From positions 62,001-126,000 of the forward strand of contig NIVC01002133.1 in NCBI GenBank assembly GCA_002269645.1: DNA of 64,000 bases, given 5' to 3'. Numbering within the stretch: the first letter of the stretch is position 1; each line of letters begins with the position of its first letter. The notes below the pieces were generated by a model. The model was given only the letters and a program-made list of their open reading frames with translations, was not told the DNA's origin and ran no database searches. The translations under genes were made by a program, and so were the position numbers. This DNA comes from Macrostomum lignano (lineage: Eukaryota). Below, piece after piece: positions 1-11,623 of this stretch.

Positions 1-12
1 CATTTAAGTCAC

Positions 13-127
13 AATCAAGCTGCCATTAAAGCCCCAATCAAGCTGCCGTCAAAGCCCCAATCAAGCTGCCATCAAAGCCCCAATCAAGCTGCCATCAAAG
101 CCCCAATCAAGCTGCCATCAAAGCTCC
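13..127. repeat. 23-bp minisatellite (aagctgccatcaaagccccaatc), ~5 copies
   Basis: Direct tandem copies read from the sequence; presumably inside an intron of the channel gene. Confidence 0.9.
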
Positions 128-635
128 AAAGAGACCTTTCAGAACACATGAAGTAAACGCTGCTCTCGGTTGGAAGCAGACATAAAACAGAATGGACAGT
201 CATGCAGTTTAATTAAACTATTTTCTGTCTCAAGCAGACGAGCTCGCTACTCAGGCAGCATGATGAAAACCGGCTCTGCAGGACAAGCTGGATCAAGTCC
301 AGCCGTTTGGGATCCTCCCAGCACCATTTAGAGTAAAAGAGACGCGCTAACTGTTGGTGTAAATGGTTTATCAGATAAGTGCCTTAATTATTGCTGCTAG
401 CGATGCCTCTTGGCCCGCCTCGTCCCCAAGGGGATCTGCGCGATCCGGTGCTGGGAGGGGTGGCCGAAAGAGCTGCTCTGTCCGGCTCGCATGCGCTCTT
501 GTGTTCACCACCCACCCACCTCGCCTTACTGTGCTGGCGGAGACAAATTCCAATTCTGAGACCCTCATCTTGAGTCCTGTTTTATTGTTCGACCTGCGCC
601 CAGATGGGCTTTGTGAGCACTTCGCTGCCTTCTAC

Positions 636-1063
<428 letters not shown>

Positions 1064-1074
1064 AGGCAGCTCAC

Positions 1075-1184
1075 CCGGAAAGATCGAGATAGTCTTGAGC
1101 ACTCTGAACACGCGAAAAGTTCTCAACGAGCCGACGTTGACATTGTTGGATGAGATGGTGTTCTCCACAATAATCATGACGTAC
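1075..1184 (-). CDS. NaCP60E: Nav2/DSC1-type voltage-gated channel alpha subunit, exon encoding the domain I S3-S4 region (YVMIIVENTISSNNVNVGSLRTFRVFRVLKTISIFPG)
   Basis: S4 motif LRTFRVFRVLKTISIFPG; acceptor atgcag| and donor |gtgagc; phases 2 and 1 fit the neighbouring exon. Confidence 0.93.
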
Positions 1185-1258
1185 CTGCATGAAAAGTGAA
1201 AATAGTTTAAGTTTGTAACTTATAGGAAACCTGTTGAGTATAGACTCATTTGACTCAC

Positions 1259-1387
1259 GATGTGACCACAACAATGAGATCCAGCCAGTTCCAAGGGTCT
1301 CTCAGGTAGGTGTAGCGGTCCATGATGAGGCCTCTCGACAATATTTTGATGACGCACTCCATGGTGTAGATTGCCAGAAAGGCGTAC
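1259..1387 (-). CDS. NaCP60E: Nav2/DSC1-type channel, exon encoding domain I S2-S3 ([43 protein letters not shown])
   Basis: [10 protein letters not shown] motif; cgcag| acceptor and |gtgagt donor; absent from the ORF track, translated by hand; phase 2 at both ends. Confidence 0.93.
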
Positions 1388-1499
1388 CTGCGAGGTTGGG
1401 CAAATTAAACAGGGCCTTTGTGATTTTGAGTTATCATTGTCTGAAGGGTCGTGTGGGAACCCGGATTCCTCTAATGGAGACTATTTTTGACTATTAAAT

Positions 1500-1960
1500 C
1501 GCGTGACTAGGTTTAGACAAAATGAAAAATATCACGCGACTCGGTCTTACAACAGATCACGTGACTAGGTCTAGGCAAACAGATCACGTGACTAGGTTTA
1601 TAAAACAGATCACGTGACTCGGTTACACAACAGATCACGTAATTAGGTTTACACAACAGATCACGTGACTAGGTTTACACAACCGATCACGTGACTAGGT
1701 TTATAAAAAAGATCACGTGACTAGGTTTATAAAACAGATCACGTGACTAGATTTAGACAAACAGATCACGTGACTAGGTTTATAAAAAAGATCACGTGAC
1801 TAGGTTTACACAACCGATCACGTGACTAGGTTTACACAACCGATCACGTGACTAGGTTTATAAAACAGATCACGTGACTAGGTTTACACAACAGATCACG
1901 TGACTAGGTTTACACAACCGATCACGTGACTAGGTTTATGCAAACAGATCTCGTGACTCG
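1500..1960. repeat. ~26-bp minisatellite (acagatcacgtgactaggttt...), each unit carrying TCACGTGA
   Basis: About 16-17 tandem units within a Nav2 intron. Confidence 0.92.
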
Positions 1961-2006
1961 CAACAATCGATATTGATAGCAGGAGAGTCGGCGGGGTGAA
2001 ACTTAC

Positions 2007-2215
2007 TCAGCGGGTTTCACTTCGTACGGCAGAGCCAGGAACACGCAGTTCGTGAGTATAGTGAGCATGATGAGGTAGTCGAAGAACTGGTTGGTGGACA
2101 CCATGATGAGCAGCCGTCGGACCGGGTGCCACGGCTCCAGGCAGTAGAAGGCCGGGTTTGCCGAGAATCTGTAGATGTACTTCTTGCGCAGCCGGGTGTT
2201 GATCACGACGAACGA
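2007..2215 (-). CDS. NaCP60E: Nav2/DSC1-type channel, exon encoding the distal N-terminus and domain I S1 (SFVVINTRLRKKYIYRFSA...TNQFFDYLIMLTILTNCVFLAL)
   Basis: Closely resembles the recalled DSC1 segment (TNQFFDY...TIL.NC.FLA); tttgcag| acceptor before 2215 and |gtaagt donor after 2007. The frame stays open upstream to an ATG at 2347. Confidence 0.92.
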
Positions 2216-3071
2216 CTGCAAATATTTGGTACTGAATTGAGGCGACTGGCTCTCAGCGATCAGCTCGTCCAGAGTGAGCAGGCGCTTCTTCACAGCGTAG
2301 GGGTCCTCGGACACCACCGTGAGGCCTTCCCACGGCTCGGCGTCCATTTGGGGATCTGGGGGATCTGGGGGATCTGGGCTGGTTTGAGTTTGCGGTGCAG
2401 GTGTTCGCTACATTGCGGATTTTATTGCGCCTGAGAGTGGGCTAAAATACCAACTGGGACTGGCTGGGTGGGTGGAACTGTGTGGATTTTCGCGGCAATC
2501 GCGGTTGTGCCCACCGGAGGAGATCTCGGGCGAAGATTAAGTCTCAGAGGGCGAGCACTGAGTGACCAGTTGTGGCTGGGTAGAGAGCGCCGCTAGCATA
2601 CCAATCTCCAATGGTGGCCAAAGAGTCGCCCGCCCCCTGCCCCCCATGAGTGCGGCGGGAATGTGTGGGCACTTCTTCCATGTCTCGGTGCCAGGTTTTT
2701 TCCACAAAGATCCCCGCTCTCTGGACCAACCAGTTTGATTTGACATGGCAGCCGCGGCCCGCCCGTGTAAAACAGGCTGCCAGGGAATTCGCGAACTCGC
2801 CGGCCGCAGCAAGAGCTGGCGCTGAATTATTAAAGCGGACAATGAAAGCAGGAGTAGAATGGGCTGGCCCAGTTTCCCGAGGATGCCTCATCAGGGATTA
2901 TCAGCCCCGGCACTCAGCCGCTGGGCCGGCCTCGCCGCCCCCCGCCCTGCGGCCTTCGTCGATAAACTCGCTGCTGTCCCCTCTTGGCTCTGGCTGGTCT
3001 GTTAGTGTCAGCTGTGCTTTTAGTAGTACTGCTGTATTGGCCTGCCACATTTTCAGTGCTGAGTTTTTGCC

Positions 3072-3325
3072 ACTGTCAGGCATCCGGTCACCAATTGTCA
3101 GGCATCCGGTCACCAATTGTCAGGCATCCGGTCACCAATTGTCAGGCATCCGGTCACCAATTGTCAGGCATCCGGTCACCAATTGTCAGGCATCCGGTCA
3201 CCAATTGTCAGGCATCCGGTCACCAATTGTCAGGCATCCGGTCACCAATTGTCAGGCATCCGGTCACCAATTGTCAAGCATCCGGTCACCGATTGTCAAG
3301 CATCCGGTCACCAATTGTCAGGCAT
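3072..3325. repeat. 22-bp minisatellite (gtcaggcatccggtcaccaatt), ~11 copies
   Basis: Direct tandem copies in a Nav2 intron, close to the donor at 3372. Confidence 0.93.
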
Positions 3326-3372
3326 GATGGTCAGACAATGTCAGTCACTGTCAGGCACAATGTCAGGCTCAC

Positions 3373-3839
3373 CCTGCGCTGCAATCGGCTGTCGATCTCC
3401 TCAATCGGCCTCGCCAGCAGCTCGTTGGGAAACTCGCCGAGCCGTTCGGGCAGCGGGCAGCCCTCGGCCAGGTCCGGGTCGCGCATCGCCCGCTCTTCGG
3501 CCTCGCTGGGCGCCTCCTCCTCGAAGCGAATTTCGCCCTCCACCAGGCGGCCTTCGCCGGCGTTTCGCAGGCGCTCAGCGGCTCGACGGCGCTGGGCGGC
3601 CTCGCGCCGGAGCAGACGCTGCATGCTGCGCTCGTCGAAGGCGCGGAAGTCGACAGCGGAGGCGGCGGCGACAGCGGGTGCGCGGAACTCGCTGGCGAGG
3701 CTGGAGGCCCGAGAGCGGATGCTGGGCCGGCTGGGCTGGCCGGCGGTCGCTGCAGACGCCTCATCATCCCCAGCGGCAGCGGCCGGAGCTTCGGCAGCCA
3801 CGGTCGCCTCGTCAGCCGTGGCGTCTTGAATATCGGAAA
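3373..3839 (-). CDS. NaCP60E: Nav2/DSC1-type channel, N-terminal cytoplasmic exon (...DPDLAEGCPLPERLGEFPNELLARPIEEIDSRLQRR)
   Basis: Matches the Nav N-terminal motif (DLEAG..LP...G..P.E....P.E..D); cccag| acceptor (phase 1) and |gtgagc donor (phase 0) join in frame to SFVVIN. Confidence 0.85.
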
Positions 3840-4544
3840 CTGGGTGGAAGTTTTTTGTTTAAATTCGTTCCAGTCAGTTTGCCAGACCCGAGAGCCGAGT
3901 TGTATAGCATTGCTTTATACGCCAGCTGCTCAGCAAACTGACAGGTAGGCAGCCGGACAGGGAGCTGCAGCCATCCCAACCGGCCAATCAGAAGGTGCTT
4001 TTTCTTAAAAATAGTCAGAAGAAGTCCCTCCGCCTTTTCCACTCCATCTTCGCGGCTGAGAATTGTGCTGCCCCTGTCTCATAAATCATTGCTCTTGACT
4101 TTGCGCTCTCGCTGACTGGCCTCTCGGGCAGCATTGTTTACATTAGGAGTGAAGAGAATGAGAGACGGCGAAACACAGGAGCAAGAATGGAAATTTTTAA
4201 TTGCTTTAGCAATATTAGCCGGCGATATGTTTTGTAACTAACTTTCTAAGGCGCAATCTGCCATTGAAATCTGCGTCGATGAAAAAATAAATTTTCAGAC
4301 AGATAATTTAGAAGTGATAATAATGGTGAATATAAGTTCAAAGCATGCATGATAAGCGTGCCATTAGGGAAATTTTCTTGATCCTGATCTTAGCTCATTT
4401 TCGAAATTGAGCTGGCTTAACAACTGACTGCAGACTATGGAAGTGCTTGGCTTACTAGTAAAGTTTGACCCGTTCCCACCTTTCATCAGCAAAATATGTC
4501 CAATATTTGCTACTAATGCCTGTCTTTCATCTTCAGTAAACAGC

Positions 4545-5465
4545 ACGTTCACTCTGCCCTCACATAACCCATTCCCTCACTGCCATTCACGCTTCATCTC
4601 ACTGCCATTCACTCTGCCCTCACATGACCCATTCCCTCACTGCCATTCACGCTTCATCTCACTGCCAATCACTCTGCCCTCACATGACCCATTCCCTCAC
4701 TGCCATTCACGCTTCATCTCACTGCCATTCACTCCTACACACTGCCATTCACTCCTCATCTCACTGCCATTCACGCTTCATCTCACTGCCATTCACTCCT
4801 ACACACTGCCATTCACTCCTCATCTCACTGCCATTCACTCCTACACTCACTGCCATTCACTCCTACACGCACTGCCATTCACTCCTACACACTGCCATTC
4901 ACTCCTACACTCACTGCCATTCACTCCTACACACTGCCATTCACTCCTACACTCACTGCCATTCACTCCTACACGCACTGCCATTCACTCCTACACGCAC
5001 TGCCATTCACTCCTACACACTGCCATTCACTCCTACACTCACTGCCATTCACTCATGCCATACACTCACTGCCATTCACTCCTACACTCACTGCCATTCA
5101 CTCCTACACGCACTGCCATTCACTCCTACACACTGCCATTCACTCCTACACTCACTGCCATTCACTCCTACACTCACTGCCATTCACTCCTACACACTGC
5201 CATTCACTCCTACACTCACTGCCATTCACTCCTACACACACTGCCATTCACTCCTACACACTGCCATTCACTCCTACACTCACTGCCATTCACTCCTACA
5301 CACTGCCATTCACTCCTACACTCACTGCCATTCACTCCTACACGCACTGCCATTCACTCCTACACACTGCCATTCACTCCTACACTCACTGCCATTCACT
5401 CATGCCATACACTCACTGCCATTCACTCCTACACTCACTGCCATTCACTCATGCCATACACTCAC
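4545..5465. repeat. Compound minisatellite: ~60-bp unit x3, then an 18-22-bp cactgccattcactccta array
   Basis: Tandem copies read directly. Confidence 0.9.
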
Positions 5466-6031
5466 TCCTCCCCCCCACTCTATCCTCACTTCACTTTATC
5501 TTAAAGCGGTCACAAGGTGGAAACACAGCCCAGCAACCAAGGCAGTTGCGCCTCCGTCTGCTTTGCAAAAATCCTGATCAAAGAGACAAAAAACGATTTG
5601 CCTGCGGATCAGATTAGAAGGCTGTCTTCTTCTTCTAGGGGGAGGAGGCGGCTTTAATTGCAGTTCCTTTTGTTCCCGCAGCCTTTCTGACCTTCTGAAT
5701 TTTTCTGCCTTTTAGGCGCTCGCCTCGCCCCCCCCCATTTTCCGAGATAACTGACGCCTGAAGTGCGGCTGCCATGGAAATGTATTTTAGAATGGTTGGA
5801 TGCTGGGACTCTGGGGCTGCTCCATCACAGCAGGATGAGCTGCAGCTGCATTGACAGGTGGGCGCAGACAGGCCATAGTAATAGTAATAATAATGACATT
5901 ATTAATAATAATAACAGGTGAGCCTTTGGCGACATCGGTCCCATCGCACACCAAGCCCAAGTGAATGCGACTGCATCGTAAAGCAGTTCAACAACGCTAA
6001 AGTATATTAAAACTGTACCGAATCAACTCAC

Positions 6032-6089
6032 CTTGAGCATCTTCATCTCCCGTGGGCAGCTTCAGCCGGTACCTGATCAGATTCGACAT
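6032..6089 (-). CDS. NaCP60E: Candidate first coding exon of the Nav2-type channel (MSNLIRYRLKLPTGDEDAQ)
   Basis: ATG at 6089, strong CAAG|gtgagt donor, phase 1 matches the acceptor at 3839. No homology support. Confidence 0.45.
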
Positions 6090-6817
6090 GCCAGCCAGGA
6101 GGCTTAGAAACTGCTGCTGAGTTCACCCGATTAGTCTGTGGCCCAATCTGACTCAGCCAGCGCCATCTCCGCGACGCTGTCTCTTCAAGAAACCGAATTC
6201 TGGCCGAAAGTCCAGCCTTACCAGTGTAGGGCTTTTTAAACACAAAAACACAAACAGGCCGAACCGAACGGGACCTCCGCTCGCTGGGACCGGGCGGAGA
6301 CAGGCAGCAGCAGCCAATCCCACGAGACACCCTCCAGCGACCGGCCTCGCCGCGGCGTATGGACCATTTCCACCGCCTGTCGATTACCCCCGCCTCAAGG
6401 CTTGTTCGCTCCCCATCAATCCAATCCATCTCCATCAACTGCCGCCTCCCACTCCTCCCTTGCTCACCCGCCTTCTCTGTTTCACATCTCCCAGTCTGTG
6501 TCGCTAGGGGGCTGTGGATGACGCTCCCCGTATGGATTTCTGTCCGGGGCCTCTCCGCCTCATCTGCCTTCTCCTCCTGGCGCCCCCTGCTTTTCCCATC
6601 TCTGTTGATCTGCCGTCTCGGCAGTTCGGGCGGGGCGGGGGTGACAGCAGGTGGCGAAGGTGGCAGCCTTGAAGAGTTTTTGCACTTCATTGCTTTCAGT
6701 AGCACTTACGGATGACAGTGCTTGCTGCAAGGCGCTTGTGGATGCTCCCTTGTGTTTAAAATTTTCTGCTTTAAAATTTTTAACAACACGGGTGCTTTGA
6801 ACAGCCCATCTTAAGGT

Positions 6818-8360
6818 ATTGAAAGCAATGGGTCATTGCAGCCATGATGCACTGAAAGCAATGGTCATTGCAGCCATGATGCACTGAAAGCAATGGTCAT
6901 TGCAGCCATGATGCACTGAAAGCAATGGTCATTGCAGCCATGATGCACTGAAAGCAATGGTCATTGCAGCCATGATGCACTGAAAGCAATGGGTCACTGC
7001 AGCCATGATGCACTGAAAGCAATGGTCATTGCAGCCATGATGCACTGAAAGCAATGGTCATTGCAGCCATGATGCACTGAAAGCAATGGTCACTGCAGCC
7101 ATGATGCACTGAAAGTAATGGGTCACTGCAGCCATGATGCACTGAAAGCAATGGTCATTGCAGCCATGATGCACTGAAAGCAATGGTCATTGCAGCCATG
7201 ATGCACTGAAAGCAATGGTCATTGCAGCCATGATGCACTGAAAGCAATGGGTCACTGCAGCCATGATGCAATTGAAAGCAATGGGTCACTGCAGCCATGA
7301 TGCACTGAAAGCAATGGGTCATTGCAGCCATGATGCACTGAAAGTAATGGGTCACTGCAGCCATGATGCACTGAAAGTAATGGGTCACTGCAGCCATGAT
7401 GCACTGAAAGCAATGGTCATTGCAGCCATGATGCACTGAAAGCAATGGTCATTGCAGCCATGATGCACTGAAAGCAATGGTCATTGCAGCCATGATGCAC
7501 TGAAAGCAATGGGTCACTGCAGCCATGATGCAATTGAAAGCAATGGGTCACTGCAGCCATGATGCAATTGAAAGCAATGGGTCACTGCAGCCATGATGCA
7601 ATTGAAAGCAATGGGTCACTGCAGCCATGATGCACTGAAAGCAATGGGTCACTGCAGCCATGATGCACTGAAAGCAATGGGTCACTGCAGCCATGATGCA
7701 CTGAAAGTAATGGGTCACTGCAGCCATGATGCAATTGAAAGCAATGGGTCACTGCAGCCATGATGCACTGAAAGCAATGGGTCATTGCAGCCATGATGCA
7801 ATTGAAAGCAATGGGTCACTGCAGCCATGATGCACTGAAAGCAATGGGTCATTGCAGCCATGATGCACTGAAAGCAATGGGTCACTGCAGCCATGATGCA
7901 CTGAAAGCAATGGGTCACTGCAGCCATGATGCACTGAAAGCAATGGGTCACTGCAGCCATGATGCACTCACTGAAAGCAATGGGTCACTGCAGCCATGAT
8001 GCACTGAAAGCAATGGGTCACTGCAGCCATGATGCACTGAAAGCAATGGGTCACTGCAGCCATGATGCACTGAAAGCAATGGGTCACTGCAGCCATGATG
8101 CACTGAAAGCAATGGGTCACTGCAGCCATGATGCACTGAAAGCAATGGGTCACTGCAGCCATGATGCACTGAAAGCAATGGGTCACTGCAGCCATGATGC
8201 ACTGAAAGCAATGGGTCACTGCAGCCATGATGCACTGAAAGCAATGGGTCACTGCAGCCATGATGCACTGAAAGCAATGGGTCACTGCAGCCATGATGCA
8301 CTCACTGAAAGCAATGGGTCACTGCAGCCATGATGCACTGAAAGCAATGGGCCACTGCAG
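6818..8360. repeat. 32/33-bp minisatellite (gcaatgggtcactgcagccatgatgcactgaaa), ~46 copies
   Basis: Long tandem array with 32-bp variants concentrated on the left. Confidence 0.97.
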
Positions 8361-9654
8361 ATCCCGAAGCACCGCAGAGGCCATACCAAGGCAGCTCATT
8401 AATTTCACAGAATCCGCAGTCCCCCGAGAAGCCAAGAAATTAGTATTAATTGCAGCCATTATTACCTCTATAAAATTAATCACATTTAAGTGGCCATTTT
8501 TGGCGAGCTTCTGACCCCTTCAGGATCTCCCCATTTCTATCACTCGATCATCTCGTCCAGTGGAATGAGACGGGCCTCCTCCAGTTCTGAGCAACTCCCT
8601 AAGCAATCCGTGAGCCATCTGCCTGCCTGTCCCGAGTGCATGCAGCATCTGGCAGATGGAAACGCAGAGGCGATGCAGGAAGCTGGGTCTGCAGTTACTG
8701 AGCTGAGCACTTTCCCTCCTCCATTTTTTATTTTAGGCCAATCTTCGAGCGTCTCCTCTTCCCCAAGTCCCGCCAGATTAAAAATTCGAATCCCCTTCGC
8801 GCAATGATGGCCAGATATTGCTATTGTTATAATAAATGTACTTTTAGCTGCCCGGCATTCCATTGATTGACGCCGTAATCGGGGGTTGAGACGGAACTAA
8901 GCACGGAGTTGGCCTCCATTGGCAGTCTGCATGCGGCCTTCAATCCCAATTAAAAAGGATGCAATTCAAAACCAAGTAAAAGTGGAGAAATTTTGAGTTT
9001 AACCCATGGCGGGCCGCGGCAGTGATGAAGTTGACAGCTGTGAATGACAACAAGAGTGGGCGGTCGAAGAGTGCGGGTTCACCGGGTGCTGTCGCTCTCG
9101 TCAAGCTCGGCAACCCCGCTAGCAAAGCCGACGCCAGACACGCAGCCAGCGCCGAACTTGTCGATTTTGACTACTGAATAATTTACGCCGACAAATATAA
9201 AGTGGAACTGATTGAGAAGGGAAATATCGTCCTCATCAAACTACTCATAGTAGAACTGCATATTTCTACTACAGAAAAAAACGAAATGCTAAAATATAAA
9301 AAATTGTCAAGATTCTGATCAGAGAGAGTGCGCTGAGAGCGACAGAGGAAGAGAGGAGGATCAAGGAGGCAGGTGCGCTGCGGCACAATGGGAGAGTGCA
9401 CAGCATCCGCGCCAAGTCTCATCTTTCTCAGCTGAGCTCAGCCCAAGCAAGATTGATGGCCGCCGTGCATAATTGAATAGCCCCCTGCTGGCTGAGAACC
9501 TGTACTAAAGTTCTAAGGCCTCAAGCAGCTACATATATCGACAGGGTAAGTCCTTCAGCTGCGACCTGTCTCCCCTGCCTAAGAATTGGAGGCTTGCAGA
9601 TTCTCCTCTCTGGGGGGGGGAGAGGCAAAGCCATAAAGCCATAAAAAGTAGTCC

Positions 9655-9669
9655 GTTGTCAATGGCAAC
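9655..9669 (+). promoter_or_regulatory. X-box (RFX)-like element GTTGTC-AAT-GGCAAC
   Basis: Perfect GGCAAC half-site plus a near-consensus other half, ~190 bp upstream of the ATG at 9856. Confidence 0.45.
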
Positions 9670-9855
9670 GACCCACGCCCATGCCGGACTGGGAGAGGTG
9701 GCACGGGCCTGTCGGAGCGGAGCTGGGGGCGGGCGGGGCGGGGGGAGGCTGCAGTATTAATATCACCTGGGCTGCCCGCGCCTCTTCCATTCATTGAGCA
9801 GCAGCAACTGCCTGCTAGGCTTTAGCATCTGTCAACTCCAACCCCAAGCGCCGAC

Positions 9856-10097
9856 ATGTTCACAGACGACGACGCCGAGATGCAGGCGCGAATCCGGCAG
9901 GCCCTGAGGTCGCAGCTGGTCAGCACCTACGGCAGCGACTTTCTGTCGCCGGAGGACTGCCGCGAGAAGGCGGCGGAGCTGCGCAGTCAGCAGACGACAA
10001 CCCGGGGAGCGCAGCGGCAGCCGGATGGCAGCGTGATGCGAACCGACTACCGGAACTTCGGGGACCGGCCACGGGAGCTGGTGAACTCGAAAACCCG
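9856..10097 (+). CDS. Orphan small protein, exon 1 (MFTDDDAEMQARIRQALRSQLVSTYGSDF...SVMRTDYRNFG...); candidate ciliary microtubule inner protein
   Basis: GC3-rich ORF, gccgacATG start, CG|gtgaga donor (phase 2). Confidence 0.8.
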
Positions 10098-10134
10098 GTG
10101 AGAAAACTCCGAAAAGCTGCAGGCCCCCTTAGTC

Positions 10135-10322
10135 GAATTGCCGATATGTAGCGAAAAAAACTTTGTAAAGCGTAAATTCAAAGGAGCTTTAAAGTTGCAG
10201 GTATGGCAGCCTGGATGGAGCCTCCCCCCGAGTTGAATTGCCGATATGTAGCGAAAAAAACTTTGCAAAGCGTAAATTCAAAGGAGCTTTAAAATTTCAG
10301 GGATGGCAGCCAGGAAGGAGCC
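10135..10322. repeat. ~88-bp direct duplication (period 100 bp) inside the orphan gene intron
   Basis: gaattgccgatatgtagcgaaaaaaacttt...ggagcc occurs at 10135 and again at 10235. Confidence 0.85.
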
Positions 10323-10458
10323 CCAAGGAGTCTCAAGGATTCAAAGTAGTCCTTGAGAATACCTTCTTCATCATGATTGTTGCGTAAAAATGCGACTAGG
10401 TCCCTTGTTAATTTTTTTTAACTGCCATCTAATTGGTTTTCCAATCCATTCCCATCAG

Positions 10459-10705
10459 CTTCGGCGCCAGGGACAGCCAGGTGCCCAGATACCAGAGCGG
10501 AGTGCTGCCCAAGGAGGCGGTGAGCGCGGCTTACCTGAGCGGCCCCGGCGCGGCGGGAGACGCGGCCACCACCTACAAGGAGGAGATCAGCGGGCCGGGC
10601 GGGGCGCGCGTGGCGTCCGGCGGCCAGCAGCAGCAGCGGGAGCCGCAGCCGCGCCGCTGGAAGCAGGCCCAGTGGGAGGGTCCGGTGGGCCCAGTGAAAA
10701 ACTGA
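10459..10705 (+). CDS. Orphan small protein, exon 2 (FGARDSQVPRYQSGVLPKE...TTYKEEISG...GPVKN*)
   Basis: cccatcag| acceptor; phase fits exon 1 (CG+C = Arg); TGA at 10703-10705. Confidence 0.8.
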
Positions 10706-11478
10706 CGCACTGACTGACCGGCCCTGCTGACAGACTTTATCTGACGTTTTCTCAATTCCTTGCTTCCGTCTTTCCTTGCCCTGTCGCCTTGCGCTTTTTA
10801 AAAAATCAAGTCTTCTAGGAGAGGAAACCAGTTGATGGGCACCAGAAAAGCAATATTAAAACCTTTTAGCTCGTAGCATTGAAAATCAATTCTATATACT
10901 ATAAGTAAAACGCAGCGGAAGAATTATTGAAATATAAAAAATTCCTACAAATGAAATACTACTAAAAGTAACAAAGATTGCTTAAAATTTTGCAAGTTTT
11001 ATTTTGTTTAAATTTTTACTCACTTGCTCTGACTGTTTTCCGATTGCTTTAAACTTGTTTATTGTCTCATTCGCCTCCCCCTGGAAAATTGTTTTGAGTA
11101 GTCATTAAAATCGTTTGCCAGTAAAGCGGCATATTGTACTACAGTAGTATATTATGGCTAGTACTCGTATATTTATAACGGAAGAAAACAAAGAGTTGAA
11201 TAGAAATTATTGCTCAAATATTTGTTTCAAAAATAATTAGGGAAGCGTGAACTGATTATTTAAAGACAATAAATTTCCTAGCAAGATGATAGTTCTATCA
11301 TAGCAGAAAGACGAGATCAATAAATTAGAGTGACAGGCTCCTACTGATTACTTTAAGTAGTTGGAAATACATTTTTAGAAATTCTAACAGTTGCACATGT
11401 AGTTGAGAGTAACGGCCAGTCTGGCGAGTATAAACTGAGAAGGCGATGCTTGTTAATTTAAGACGTTTCTAAGAATCG

Positions 11479-11623
11479 CTAAGACGCCCGCATCGCCCGC
11501 AGTCCTCGTTCGGCGGCGTCCAGAGTTCGCCGCTCGGCCAGCAGGCGAAGGCGGCGCATCTCGCGACGAAAATCGTCGATCTCGGATTCCAGCCGGTGTC
11601 GCCGATCGGATGAGGCTTGGAAG
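11479..11623 (-). CDS. CCDC177: CCDC177/CCDC185-like protein, last exon (FQASSDRRHRLESEIDDFRREMRRLRLLAERRTLDAAERGLRAMRAS*)
   Basis: catccag| acceptor, phase-consistent, coiled-coil-like sequence, TAG at 11481-11479. Confidence 0.72.

Noticed and set aside
2870-2900. CTGATGA hammerhead-like cores (minus strand ~2895; plus strand ~35285 followed by a GCTGTCA/TGACAGC hairpin)
   Set aside because: Neither has a correctly closed stem II followed by GAAA and a cleavage triplet.
4364-4552. Short ORF NVLFTEDERQALVANIGHIL, reminiscent of the catalase C-terminal helix
   Set aside because: Similarity is limited to a few residues, no other catalase sequence is nearby, and it lies in a Nav2 intron.
6468-6690. 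Alternative candidate first exon for the channel (MKCKNSSRLPPSPP..., phase-1 G|gtgagc donor)
   Set aside because: Phase-compatible but without homology; the 6032-6089 candidate has a stronger donor and is closer. It cannot be excluded without RNA data.
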